The notes under the pieces: generated by a model
The model's database searches: none
Told to the model about the DNA's origin: nothing
Seen by the model: the letters and a program-made list of their open reading frames with translations, nothing else
In this document: positions 52,882 to 64,000 of the stretch, piece by piece
Layout: every line of letters begins with the position of its first letter
Position numbering within the stretch: position 1 is the first letter of the stretch
Source of the DNA: Eledone cirrhosa
Taxonomy: Eukaryota
Direction of reading: 5' to 3'
Assembly (NCBI GenBank): GCA_964016885.1
Contig: OZ024740.1
Coordinates: 60,822,001-60,886,000, forward strand
Length of the DNA stretch: 64,000 bases
Program-made: the position numbers and the translations under genes

Positions 52882-52921
52882 ATGGACAGCGACTTCGAAG
52901 ACAAAATTTATACGGAATATG
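52882..52921 (+). CDS. First coding exon of an unidentified plus-strand host gene (MDSDFEDKIYTEY, phase 1)
   Basis: gagaATGG Kozak-like start and consensus G|gtaagt donor. Locally CpG-containing upstream sequence. Confidence 0.55.
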
Positions 52922-53559
52922 GTAAGTTTCTTTGAGTTCCTCTTTTTTCTTCTTTTCTCGTATATTCCATGTCTAAATGTGTTTATTTACATGGAGGAGA
53001 GATCTTTTCCCGCGTATGTCTAATTATCTTCACCTCGCTATTCTTATTAAAAGCCTTACTTGTTGATATATTTGTTTAAAATATTTCTCACGTCTGGCTT
53101 TATTTTCAAAGCCCCCTAATAGTTACCTTGAGTTCTCGGACAATAGAATCAATAATTTAAGAAAGATTTGGCGGCGGTTTCTAACAAGTTAAGTGACAAC
53201 GTGGTCTTCGTTGGCGGGTTCATCCTTGAGTCACAATTTCCTTCAAAATTGTTTTGGTTGGAAGTAATAAAAATTTCTTGTTTGTTAAATCTAATAACTC
53301 CACAATTTAGTGAAATACAAAAGTGACTTTATCTGAAAGCAGTTCTTTTGCCAGCAAGAATAATTAATAAATTAAATGTTTTAATCTGAAAACGACTGGA
53401 GTAAAAAAAATTACTGTAATATCAATTTTTCGGGCTATTAACTGTATCGTTAACCATGTGGCTAATGGTGAAACTATATTATTAACTCGTTACAGACCTT
53501 TAGAAATATGAATTATTGTATTACTTTAAATTTAGTCAAAAATCTTCAATATTTCTTTC

Positions 53560-53605
<46 letters not shown>

Positions 53606-54520
53606 ACAAATTTATGATGGCGAATCAAAGGCACTCATCAACATTCTTTTTTATTCCTTTGAATATTTATATTTTATTTTTCATGATGTAATTTATGCCC
53701 GCCGACTTGGTGTAAATATTTTAGATTTTACCATGTTAAATAAGACGTTTTCTCCATTTAATTTTAATTGGAGAGATTGTTTTTGTTTTTCATCCTCACG
53801 TGGGCTCAGGACATGTTACTCTATGGCCTGTCCGTACAGAACACGGCAACTTATTCTAAATATTGCAGCTAGAATAATTGAGGGAAAAATATGACCATAT
53901 CGTTGAGCATATTAACTGAAATCAATTCAGCCTTTTACAAGGCTTGTAACAGGCTGGATTTGAGATCATAATATTGTTTCAATACACATTTCGTGAAAGA
54001 GTTAACATGCTATTTGAGATGAAGTTGGAATGAACACCTTTGTAGTTGAGCTTCTGTTGGCATTAAGATCAAATCCGAAAACATTTCAGGAAATACCAGC
54101 AGTTAACTGCCGTTCAAATTCATTAATCAATTGACGATTCTAGCGCCAATTAACGTCATTTTCGTTTTATGGACTTATCGCACCATGTGCTTTAAAAAAT
54201 GAAACATGCCCGAAGATTTGTTTTCATGTTCTTCCCAAATTTAAAATATTTCTACTTTTTGGCACAAGACCAGCAAATTACACCAGTGCATTACTTTTTT
54301 TTTTTGGTTTTATTAACCAAGGATGAAAGGTAAAGTTAACTTCGGTCTGATTTGAACTCAGAACGTAAAGAGTCATAACTATGCTGCAAAGCATGGTTGG
54401 AGTCCGTCGCCATAAATTGACAATGTTATCTTCACCATATAATTACATTGAATTTATGATATATTACTTGTTTCTTTATATATGTATATATATGAATATG
54501 TATTTATAAATGAATGTGTA

Positions 54521-54551
<31 letters not shown>

Positions 54552-54707
54552 GTATAGCTAATTTTTCATGATGCACGTTGACTTGGTGAAAATATTTTAG
54601 ATTTTACCATGTGATGTAAAACATGTTAGCTTTCTCCATTTAATCATACATCTTTGATAGAATGGACATATAATTCCAGTCATTATCACCTGGCATTTTT
54701 AAGTTTG

Positions 54708-55246
54708 TAGGATTACATTATTTCATGTTATTTCCCCCCATTAGGTGTGTGGAGGGGGGGGGGGGTTAACTTCTATTTCTAGCAGGTGACGAGACCACAA
54801 TTGATCACTATTATTTATACTCTAAATAGTTTTATTTTTCTCATGTGTATTAATATATAAATTACTACTCAGGCAAATAGGGTAAAGTCTAGACTTCGTT
54901 GGAGAGATGTTTTTGTATCCTCACGTGGACTAAAGGAATGATTTACTCTCTGGCCTATCTGTACAGAAGAAGGTAACTTATTCTAAATATTGCAATATTT
55001 GGAATAAGTTGTCTTGAGAGGCCATGGAGTAAAGCCACGTGAGGATAAAAACAAAACAAAAACAATCTCTCCAACGAAGTCTAGACTTTATCCTATTTGC
55101 CGGAGTAGTAATGTATATATTAGTACATATATAAGAAAAATAAAACTACTTAGAGCATAAATAATACTAATCAGTTGTGGTCTCTAGAAATAGAAGCTAA
55201 CCCCACACACACGATGTGGGTAAATAACATTAAATGATGTAATCCT
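54708..55246. repeat. Local fold-back inverted duplication (arms ~54708-54927 / ~55036-55246)
   Basis: gtctagacttcgttggagaga / tctctccaacgaagtctagac and the flanking ~200 bp are reverse complements. Confidence 0.85.
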
Positions 55247-56068
55247 ATATATATTTGCTTTAATAATTGAAGCACGATCGAAGATTTTCATGCTCTTCCC
55301 AAAACTAAAATAATATAAATTGACAATGTTATCTTCACCATATAATTATTTAACTTTTTAATACCCTCTGCATTAAATGTTAAATCTGGTTCCCATTTTG
55401 AACCTAGAATTTTTTAGTGGTCCACGAAATTATTATAGTGTAAAAAATTCCATTTTACAAAATATATCCAATAAAGATACAACTGTCTATCTATTGCTCA
55501 TTACAGTTAGATGTAATGCGCAAGGTTTTCACAAAACTGAAATGGTGTAATTTTCTTTCTACAGTCAGAAATAAAACGGTATTTTCAATGCATGACTAAT
55601 TTAACTGACTTAAGTCCATCTTAGCCGTATTTTTAATGAAATTCACTGAATTTCAGTTCATTTGTCATGATTTAAGATAGTAACTTTAACAGGGTTCGTC
55701 ATCGAATTGAGTCAGATCTTAGTAGACATCCTTTAAAATGGCTGGCTAATATTTCATAGAATTGGAGGTAGTTCTGAGTGGGTTGATATCAAGTTAATAC
55801 AGTTTATCCATTACCACTAATGAAAAAAGAAAAAAAAAATTTTACCGCGCATGGAAATCTTGTTTATCGTTTATCTTTGTATTTTTCATGCGTAATATAC
55901 TTTTTTTGAGAACATTTGAAGACTATCTTTAAATGCAAAACTAAAGTCTCAATGTACTAGGTATCTTTTATCGTGCGACCAACACTAAAAACGTCAACTC
56001 CTTTACGGAGTGTGCTGGGTCCATTTTAGAGAGGCTGCTTTATTCCAAGACATGTTCGAAATTAAGAA

Positions 56069-56620
56069 GGGTAAATTTATAGAAAGACACCCCCCCAACT
56101 GATTTCAGCGGGAAATATATATATATATATCCCCCCCCCCCCCGAGTGCTATCAATTAAACGTATCTCCTAATGCGATGCAAATGACTTTTTCCCCCAGG
56201 GAAGGAAGAGGGGAGGTCCTTGGACTTTTTACTTCACCTTGAGTTATTTTCCATTATTCTCTCTTCGTCTCTCTCTCTGAATATACTGCAAAAGACGGAG
56301 AAGAGGGGACCCGTCAGACCTGACACCCTTCCCGGAGTTTTTTTTACACCCCAACCCTAACCCCGGGAGCTTTGCAGCATGTTCGGTGGTAAGATTAGTT
56401 GGTAGTAAACGAAAGAACTCCCAAGGTGAGGGTGGGGTGGAAATTCCGAGGTAAAGAAAACTGGATTTTTTGGTGGGGGAGGTCCGACATCCTAATTTTT
56501 TTTTTCGGAAAAAAAGTCCTTTGCACCTTATTTGGAGGTAAATTTGATAGCACGAAAAAATAACGAAGAAAATAAATTATTTCCCACTGAAACCGATGGG
56601 AGGTGTCTTTCTATAATACC
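56069..56620. mobile_element. MITE with long TIRs
   Basis: tatagaaagacacccccc...tttcagcgggaaata / tatttcccactgaaa...gggaggtgtctttctata, plus an inner gtgctatcaa/ttgatagcac pair. Confidence 0.75.
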
Positions 56621-56900
56621 TAAAAAGGGGTAAGGTTAAGGAGCAACAAGGATGTGAGGACTGTGGAAGAGGCGAGACAATGAAGTGTGTAGAGGTTGTT
56701 GGTTGTTAAATAAACAACTGGAAGGGGAACATAAATGGGGGAGAGTGAGATCTCAACAGGACTGTGTTTGTGGTGGAATTTTGTTACTTTATTTTTTGAG
56801 CACTCAATCAACATCGGTCATATTTTTTCAAAAGTGTCTTTACCCAAAATAGTGTACACAGCTTAATTTTGGGAATTGTTGTTTCTGATAAATTAAAATA

Positions 56901-57058
56901 CAGGTAAAATTCCGTTATAACGAATACCATTATAACGATTTTTTTTTTGAATCCCCGGCCACACACTCGATATATTAGGTCGATCTCGTTATAAAGAATA
57001 TTTCGTTACAACGAATTTTTTTATATCTCGTGAATTTCGTTATAACGGATTTTCGCTA
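56901..57058. mobile_element. Tc1/mariner-type MITE
   Basis: ta|caggtaaaattccgttataacga ... tcgttataacggattttcgc. Confidence 0.65.
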
Positions 57059-57652
57059 TATGAAACGTAAAAGGAATAAAATAAATCCTGTAAAATGGTT
57101 GGTAGCAGCAAAGGTGTTCAGCTAAATCATGTAAAAAAAAATAAAATAAAAAGATATGTAGAATCTGCAAATTGCCGCCCTGGCAACGTCTTGGGAGTAG
57201 TGACTCTGATGAATAAAAATTAATACAGAGTAGAAATTGTCTTGCTACAGCTTTTCTAGTGCTTGTTACAATAAAATGAATCGAGCCTGGTGAGACTGAT
57301 CAAACCCTGAAGTGTCCCCAGTGGCTCAAAAAACCGGTACTTATCCGTTTCCTTGGCATTAAGCGACTGAGAGTACGAGACGGCAGTCTATCGTAGGTTC
57401 AATCGAAAGCAGAATGGAAAAAACATGGAAAATGATCATGATACTGTACACTTCAGTTAAATGCAGTAATATGAACACTACCGCAACATTTAGATAATAG
57501 TAAATCCGAAAGGAACTTTATGAATGTGATCTTTTAACTTCACAGTTGTCACATCATATTCTCAATTTTTTTTTTTTTTTTTTTTTTTTTGCAATTATGT
57601 GGAAAGGGCTGTATCTATGATTTTCACATGCTCTCCAGAGGTGGTGAGATTA

Positions 57653-58669
57653 CACCGTGTAACATATTATTTGTTCCTCGGTTCTAAGTGTCATTTCCTG
57701 GTTTGTTATATCCCATTATAAAAAAAAAATATTATTTAATCAGAAGTTTGGTCAGGAGTTTTATATTTCGAAATTTTAACATTTAAAAAAAAAAACACAT
57801 TTAAAAAAAATTTATCAGTTCATATAATTAAATCAACAGAGTATATATATTTATTTTATTACACAAGCTTATCAAAAGCAAAGTAAAAACAAATAACACT
57901 TATAAAGCAACTTATACACGTCAGAAATGACTGGATATCCTGAATTTCCGGTTGTAGTCCAGGTCGCATTTTCGCACTAGCCCCCAGATATAGTCCCCAG
58001 TATAGGGGCAGTGTCGGGAACTTGTTTCCATTGTGGAGGACAGCCTTCAAATTTGTGGTGGAGCTGTCTATAAATAGCCGCCACTCCTTGGGGGGCACGA
58101 ACGGCATCCCAATAACGTCATGGCAGAAGCAGAGGCCATCCCTAAGAGTGTAAAAGCCTGAGAAAGGTTGGTGTCGACTTCTCTGACTTGTCACCTACAC
58201 TTCCTCCTTGACCAAGTTCCACTGCTTCATCCTGAAGACGAATGCTTAAAACACAACTTACCCTTTATTCAGGGTGCAAAAAATCAATAAATCTCTTTAA
58301 TCCACTTTTTAACAATAAATCTCTTTAATCCACTTTTTAACAATTTTATACTTTATTGCACTTTTTAACAATTTTATACTTTATTGCACTTTTATAATTT
58401 TCTTAGGTATTATTACTCTTTATATTATTTTAATTTAACCTGAAACATATATAAAAAAAAATCATTTAACATAAGCAAATTAAACTTACATACAACGTAA
58501 AATCCAGCATACAAATAATTCTAGTGAATAGCTTAGAATTTTTACAAACCCAAACTTTTAAGTGTTTAATAGCACTTTTTAAAATTTATTTGGGACCTAA
58601 GCAACTCGAAAAAAAGTGATTACAACCCAGGAACAGAAAATTTTTTTTTTTTTTTTTTTTTACACGGTG
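57653..58669 (-). mobile_element. Internally deleted Chapaev3-like (CMC) DNA transposon
   Basis: TIRs caccgtgtaa...gttcct / aggaac...ttacacggtg with TTA duplicated on both sides. Transposase remnant KEWRLFIDSSTTNLKAVLHNGNKFP. Confidence 0.75.
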
Positions 58670-60322
58670 TTATTCAGTTAATGTTCATCTTGCATGTCGG
58701 TGGCGAGTAAGGATAAGATAGATAGGGACTGAAAAAAAAGTAGGAGGCAATATGGACAACTGAAGAGAAAAAGTCAACTGTAGATTGACTGGTAACAATA
58801 CTACCAATATACCAAAAACCTCCAAGGGCAGTATCCATACCATCTCGCTTTTTCCCCTCAGGAACAATGGATTGTATTGGGATCACATCCTCCTTTTTCA
58901 AGAATAAAGTATAATTTACAGAAATTTTGGTTGCTATTTTTAACAGGTCAAGTGTCCAAGCAGATTCCTTTGGTTCATTTTTACTTGCTAAAGAGTGGTA
59001 GATTGAGAATCGTTAGAAAAAAATGTTTTGATACATTTATTTACAGCCCCTTATATTCTGAATTCAAATCCTATCATGGTCAACTTTACCTTTCATTCTT
59101 CTGAGGTTGATAAAATAAAGTGCCAATACTGATTTAACTGACTTTCCCCTCCCCCTGAAACTGCTGGTGTTGTGCCTAAATTAAAAACCTATATTTTGAC
59201 TTGCCATGTGGTGGTACACACAATTGTCTAGAGATTTGCATACTATTTTGTATAAAGAGTTCTACATTCAAAAGGAGACTAGATGTAAATGAGATACGCT
59301 TGAGAACAATGTTATGCTCTTTAAATTGCAAATTTGGATTACATACAATTAAATTGTTTTGATATTATGTAGAACATACTCTTAATTCTTACTCAAAAGT
59401 TTGACTTTTCTTTGATTTTATGAGTATAGAATAGCTATTCGAGTAGTACTAAATAAAGTAAACATTGATTCAGCAGAGACATCACTAAGCTATTAGAAAC
59501 AGTTGACTCCAACTGGTTTCATAAATTACTGAAAGTTGTATTCTTGTCTGTTTCTGTTTCAACATAAACTATTAACTGTTATATATTTTCAATTCTAGTT
59601 TAATCAATTTAATTAACCTTGTATCACATAAGTTATCAATATTCAGAGAAAAATTGACCTTTTTTTTTTTTAAGCTTCGAAATATTAATTTTCCTTGCAC
59701 GCACTTTTGACCATGGATAATTCTGCAACAGCTGCCAAGTATTGGAACACCTTTGATCATATATCTGCTGGATCAACATGGTCTGAGAGAGAAACTTCAC
59801 ATAAGAGGGGTCAGATGCAGTGTACAGGAAAGGATATTATGGTGGTTTGGACATGCAGAGAGGATGACAGCTGTATAAAAAGATGCAGAGAAGACTTTAA
59901 AAAGCTTGGGATGAAGTGATAAAAGCTGACCTTGCTCAATTAAACCTCGGGAGGTGACACAGGATTGAATTTTCTGGCATCATGTACTGTAGAAGACTCG
60001 TTTTCCTATGTGCACAAAATGAAATGGAACAAACATGTAGAGTACACTAGTTTGCACCAATCTCTTCACTGCTCCCCATTCAGTTTTATTACTCTGTCCT
60101 CACCAGCTAAATGTACTACCCACCTTGTCCATGCTGAACTTGCTTACTTCCCTGTCTCCAAACCCTCAACTCTGAAACACCTTCTCTGCTCAACCCTCAC
60201 AAGCATGAAAACTGACACCCTACATCTAATCCCCAACAATGCTGTTGCCACAACAAAAAGCACTAAATCCACCGTGTATGCTGATCCAGTACCACAACAA
60301 AAGCATCAAGTTCTGCCTGTAA

Positions 60323-60552
60323 GGTGACATGAGAAAAATCGCTGTTATCATGTAAAGTGGTTGTGTTGGTGACATGAGAAAAATCGCCCAGTTATCATGT
60401 AAAGTGGTTGTGTTGGTGACATGAGAAAAATCGCCCAGTTTACCATGTAAGATGGTTGTGTTGGTGACATGAGAAAAAGCACCGTAAACCATGTAAGGTG
60501 TTATGCTGGTGCCTCAAGAAAAAAAGTGCCCAGCCCATCCTGTATGGTGGTT
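60323..60552 (+). repeat. Minisatellite with a ~45-48-bp unit, 4-5 copies
   Basis: ggtgacatgagaaaaatcgcccagttatcatgtaaagtggttgtgtt repeated. Resembles the internal repeat of the second SINE family (25830-25930). Confidence 0.85.
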
Positions 60553-63500
60553 GTGCATGTGACCGGATAAAGAGGTCAATAACTCTGATTAAGTATTGAC
60601 TTGGTCTGTGATGATCTGTCCCACACTTGCTCAAGGGGAAAATGAGATATTCGTTTAGATTCTATTATTTAGAATCTGCTGTAGCATCTCTTTACTCAGT
60701 TCAACCTATGTGTTTGCTAGTAGAATTAATCCATTATCCAGTTTGACATCTCCCGGTCCTTTAGTGCCTTTAGTCGTAGCCATTCTGTTGCAAGCATTTT
60801 GACCGGGTCCCTAGTTCCTTCCATCTTTCTCCCACCAGTCTTTTCCTCCTCTCCCAGTTAAAACAGTTATGGGTGCTATCCTTCATTCCCAAACTTTGTG
60901 TGTGCTTACACCAGTTTGAAAGTGGTGTTTGTCGTCCCTTATGTCATGTAACTTCAGCTCAACAAACAGATTAATAAAACAAGAAACTTAAAATAATGAG
61001 ATCAATATGATTGAATAAACCCCTTAGAGGTTACATCCAGCATGACTTCAATTCAATGATTGAAACTAGTAAAAATAATATGTACATGTTTGTTAAGCTA
61101 CTGTTGTTGCTTAGCCTCAGTCAACTTTGTTCAAGCATGTCTTTAGCTTAGAACAGTGGTTGCTAAACTTATGTTTAGAACCCTTATAAAATTTTCCCAA
61201 AATCACAGAACCTATACCTATACTTTATAGACAATCCCTATTTTAATGAGACATCGAAATAAAATAGTTTGAGAGCGAATTTATTCATATAAGGGGGGAA
61301 AATCCAGAAAATTTCATTGCAAAACACTGTACGTAAAACTCACTTTAGAGACATTGGTTTAGAGGAAAGTAATGAACTATTTGAAAGCACATACAACACC
61401 ATGCTGTGTTTCTGTTAGAATGTGATATTCAAAGTATATTCAATTAGTTGCCAATATCTTTTGTCTGGAGATATTGTATCAAATAGTTAAGCTTCTTATT
61501 GTAGAATATTAAGTTCTTTAGGATTTATTTGAATAGATTTACCTCCTTTTCTTCATTAAACATCTAGTCTGTTTGGGTTAAAGAAATGAACTAGTTTAGA
61601 ATGGTGTTAAAAGATGTGAAACTGTTAACACGTGAATGTTAGTTGGTGCAGTTTGATTTGAAAAACTCTGATCATGAATTGTACACCTTGCATTTTCATT
61701 TATTCTTTGATGTCGAGAGATTTTCTTTGATTTCTTTATCTATTTTAAATAATGCGTTTTGTGAACAATAGCATTGTTGATTATAGGTTTCTATAAATAT
61801 CACAAGGTATTTTTATTTGATGCACTGGTTTATTGATGTCTATTTTTTTTTTACTGACCACACACTTGCACAAATATACCTCCTGTCTTATTTATTAACC
61901 TCTCCTGTATTCACTTGCGTATCAGAATTGCATTCAATTTGATCTGTCCTTATTCAATATCTCCACTATCACTCTTTATCACTCAAGAACTCTCACTTAA
62001 TATCACTTGTTACTACCCCCCTCCTCCTCCAAACATTATTGCTATCTTATCACATTACTCGTGTATTTTTCAATTCAATCTCCTTATCAACCAGCATGTA
62101 GCTGTCACTGACTGACTCACTCAAATTACTGCCTCTCCTATATTCTCACTGTATTAGTCATACATTCTTTCTTCCTCCACCCTCTTAGTCATCACTCACA
62201 AAGGTTCTATTATTAATCAAAGCAAATAATCAGAAAAGAATCTTGCATCTAGTATGACTTACTAAATTCTGATAAATCAAAACTTATTGGTTTTACTAGT
62301 TTATCAACTTCCAAATTTGTGAAAATTAAAGCTGAATTAAAAATCTGAAAATAATTTGAAATTTAAAACTGAATTCACAGCCTTGGTATGTTTTAAGTAA
62401 AATATAAAAAAAAGTTACCATTTCATTTCAATTGAAGTAATGGACATCACAATTGCTTTTGTTTCAAATCTGTACTGTACTTTGATAAATAGGTTAGGTT
62501 ATTTTGATATTTAAAAATATACAAAGAGCATCATGATAAACACTTTAAAAGGAAACCCTTACTTCATATAGGACTGTGGTAGACTTAATCTGTTGCCAGT
62601 ATAACCACCACTTGGCTCTCGGGTACCAATCTGTTGCAAGCATTCAGGTCATATCTTCGGTTTGAGGGTATCTCTCTACCTCTCAACATCCCTGAAAACC
62701 ATCATGGGCATTGCTTAATCAGTAAAAAGAAAGGGAGAAAGAACAATAGAATGCTGAAGTGTATGGATGTCTTCACTGTGTTTAGTCCCACTGCAACAAG
62801 ATCAAAGGGTTAGGGAGTTAGCTTCACAATCATTTGGTTCCGAATTCAATTCCACTATATGCCATCTTGGGCAAATATCATTTACCATAGCCTTTGGTTG
62901 ACCCCATGTCTGGTGAGTGAAACTGGGTGGATGAAAGTCCCCTTTTGTTTGAAAGTCCATCAGGTGGATTGTACTTGTAATTCACAGGAAATCTCTTTCT
63001 AAAACACCCAGATAATTATATTAACGGTACATGTGCCTGGAATGCTCAGCCACTTAAAGGCTGTTCCATTGATCAAACAACTTGAATATCATCGAAACTA
63101 ACAGGTCTATTCCATCTAGTAGCTGTTTTGATTCAAGTCTGTTGGGTAACTTTACTCTTCAGCCTTCCAATCTACACTCAAAGTAATATGAAGTTGGGTG
63201 AATCAAATATATCCTTTCTTAAAAATAGTGCCTTTATCTAATCAAAATGAAATATGCTCAAGATTATTTGTCTATATTTAAATATATAGCAGTATCGGTG
63301 TTAAGATACTAATGTCATTAAACATTTGAATTATCGTTTCCTTCTGATCTCATTGTTGGTTTTAAAGTTATATATTAACATTTAGCCCACATGAAGTTGG
63401 TCTATAAAAAAAACCCTATTCATATTACTATTCAAACATTTCATTATAAGAGATATTCAAAATATCTTAAAATAGTTAATAATTCTTTCTGATATTGGTA

Positions 63501-63647
63501 CAATATATAATATAAAATTAGGAGGAAGGAGAAAATCCATTATAACGTACCTGGTATTTAACTGGATCTTTATTTTATCAACTGTCTCTGGAAGGGTGAG
63601 AGGCAAAGTTGACCTCAGCAGGATTGAACTCAAAATATATAATAATA

Positions 63648-64000
63648 ATGAATAATAATAATAATGAAAATATTGTGTACAATGTTCAGGTGCACTACAA
63701 CTCATCAAAAGTGTTTGTATAGTACATAGGGTAATGTACAAACGTCAGGAAAATGAACAGTGCATGAGTCATGATATACACGTGTGTATGTGTATGGAAG
63801 GGGGACATCAGGTGTAATTTTGGCGAATTTCGGGAAGCATGAGGGTTTTAAAGAATGCAGTGTCTCGGCAGCTAACTGACGCAGTCTGTTTGTTCCATGC
63901 TTCAGCAACTCTCAGCGTGAAAAAATGTTTATGAAAGTCATGGGAGCTGTGCTGTTTTCTGTTTTTGTAGGCATGTCCACGTGTGTTAGACACATGGAGA
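63648..64000 (-). mobile_element. CR1-type LINE 3' end
   Basis: NTRGHAYK...HFFTLRVAEAWNK with a (TTA)n tail. Confidence 0.85.

Noticed and set aside
60323-60552. CRISPR-like regular repeat
   Set aside because: Units are contiguous with no unique spacers, there are no cas genes, the context is eukaryotic, and the unit resembles a SINE internal repeat.

Overview
AT-rich, repeat-dense animal genomic DNA, most consistent with an octopod cephalopod (inferred from the SINE, LINE and microsatellite landscape, not from a database match). Most ORFs in the supplied track are spurious or are transposon remnants. Host genes are sparse: an unidentified minus-strand multi-exon gene starts at 28583 (MSKQPETAKHYQIAFSGK|SYVVMDIDFS...), and the first exon of a divergent plus-strand gene starts at 52882. 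About 24 kb of local segmental duplications lie between them. Recognisable mobile DNA includes roughly 30 copies of one tRNA-derived SINE, a second SINE family, a mariner, Chapaev3-like, piggyBac-, Tigger- and Helentron-type non-autonomous elements, fragments of L1/Tx1, RTE, CR1/L2, CRE-like and Gypsy elements, and a Penelope-like element (PLE). Two things stand out. (1) A set of type I hammerhead ribozyme (HHR) motifs, several with unusually long or branched stem II. Most sit in fold-back palindromes inserted into (TA)n microsatellites, the inversion points of the small palindromes fall inside the ribozyme, and empty sites are visible in the local duplicates. (2) A ~3.6-kb CpG-rich Helentron-like element carrying a compact gene cassette: an SGNH esterase gene with tiny introns, a convergent intact BACK-domain-like ORF, and a third GC-rich ORF remnant bracketed by 150-bp inverted repeats.
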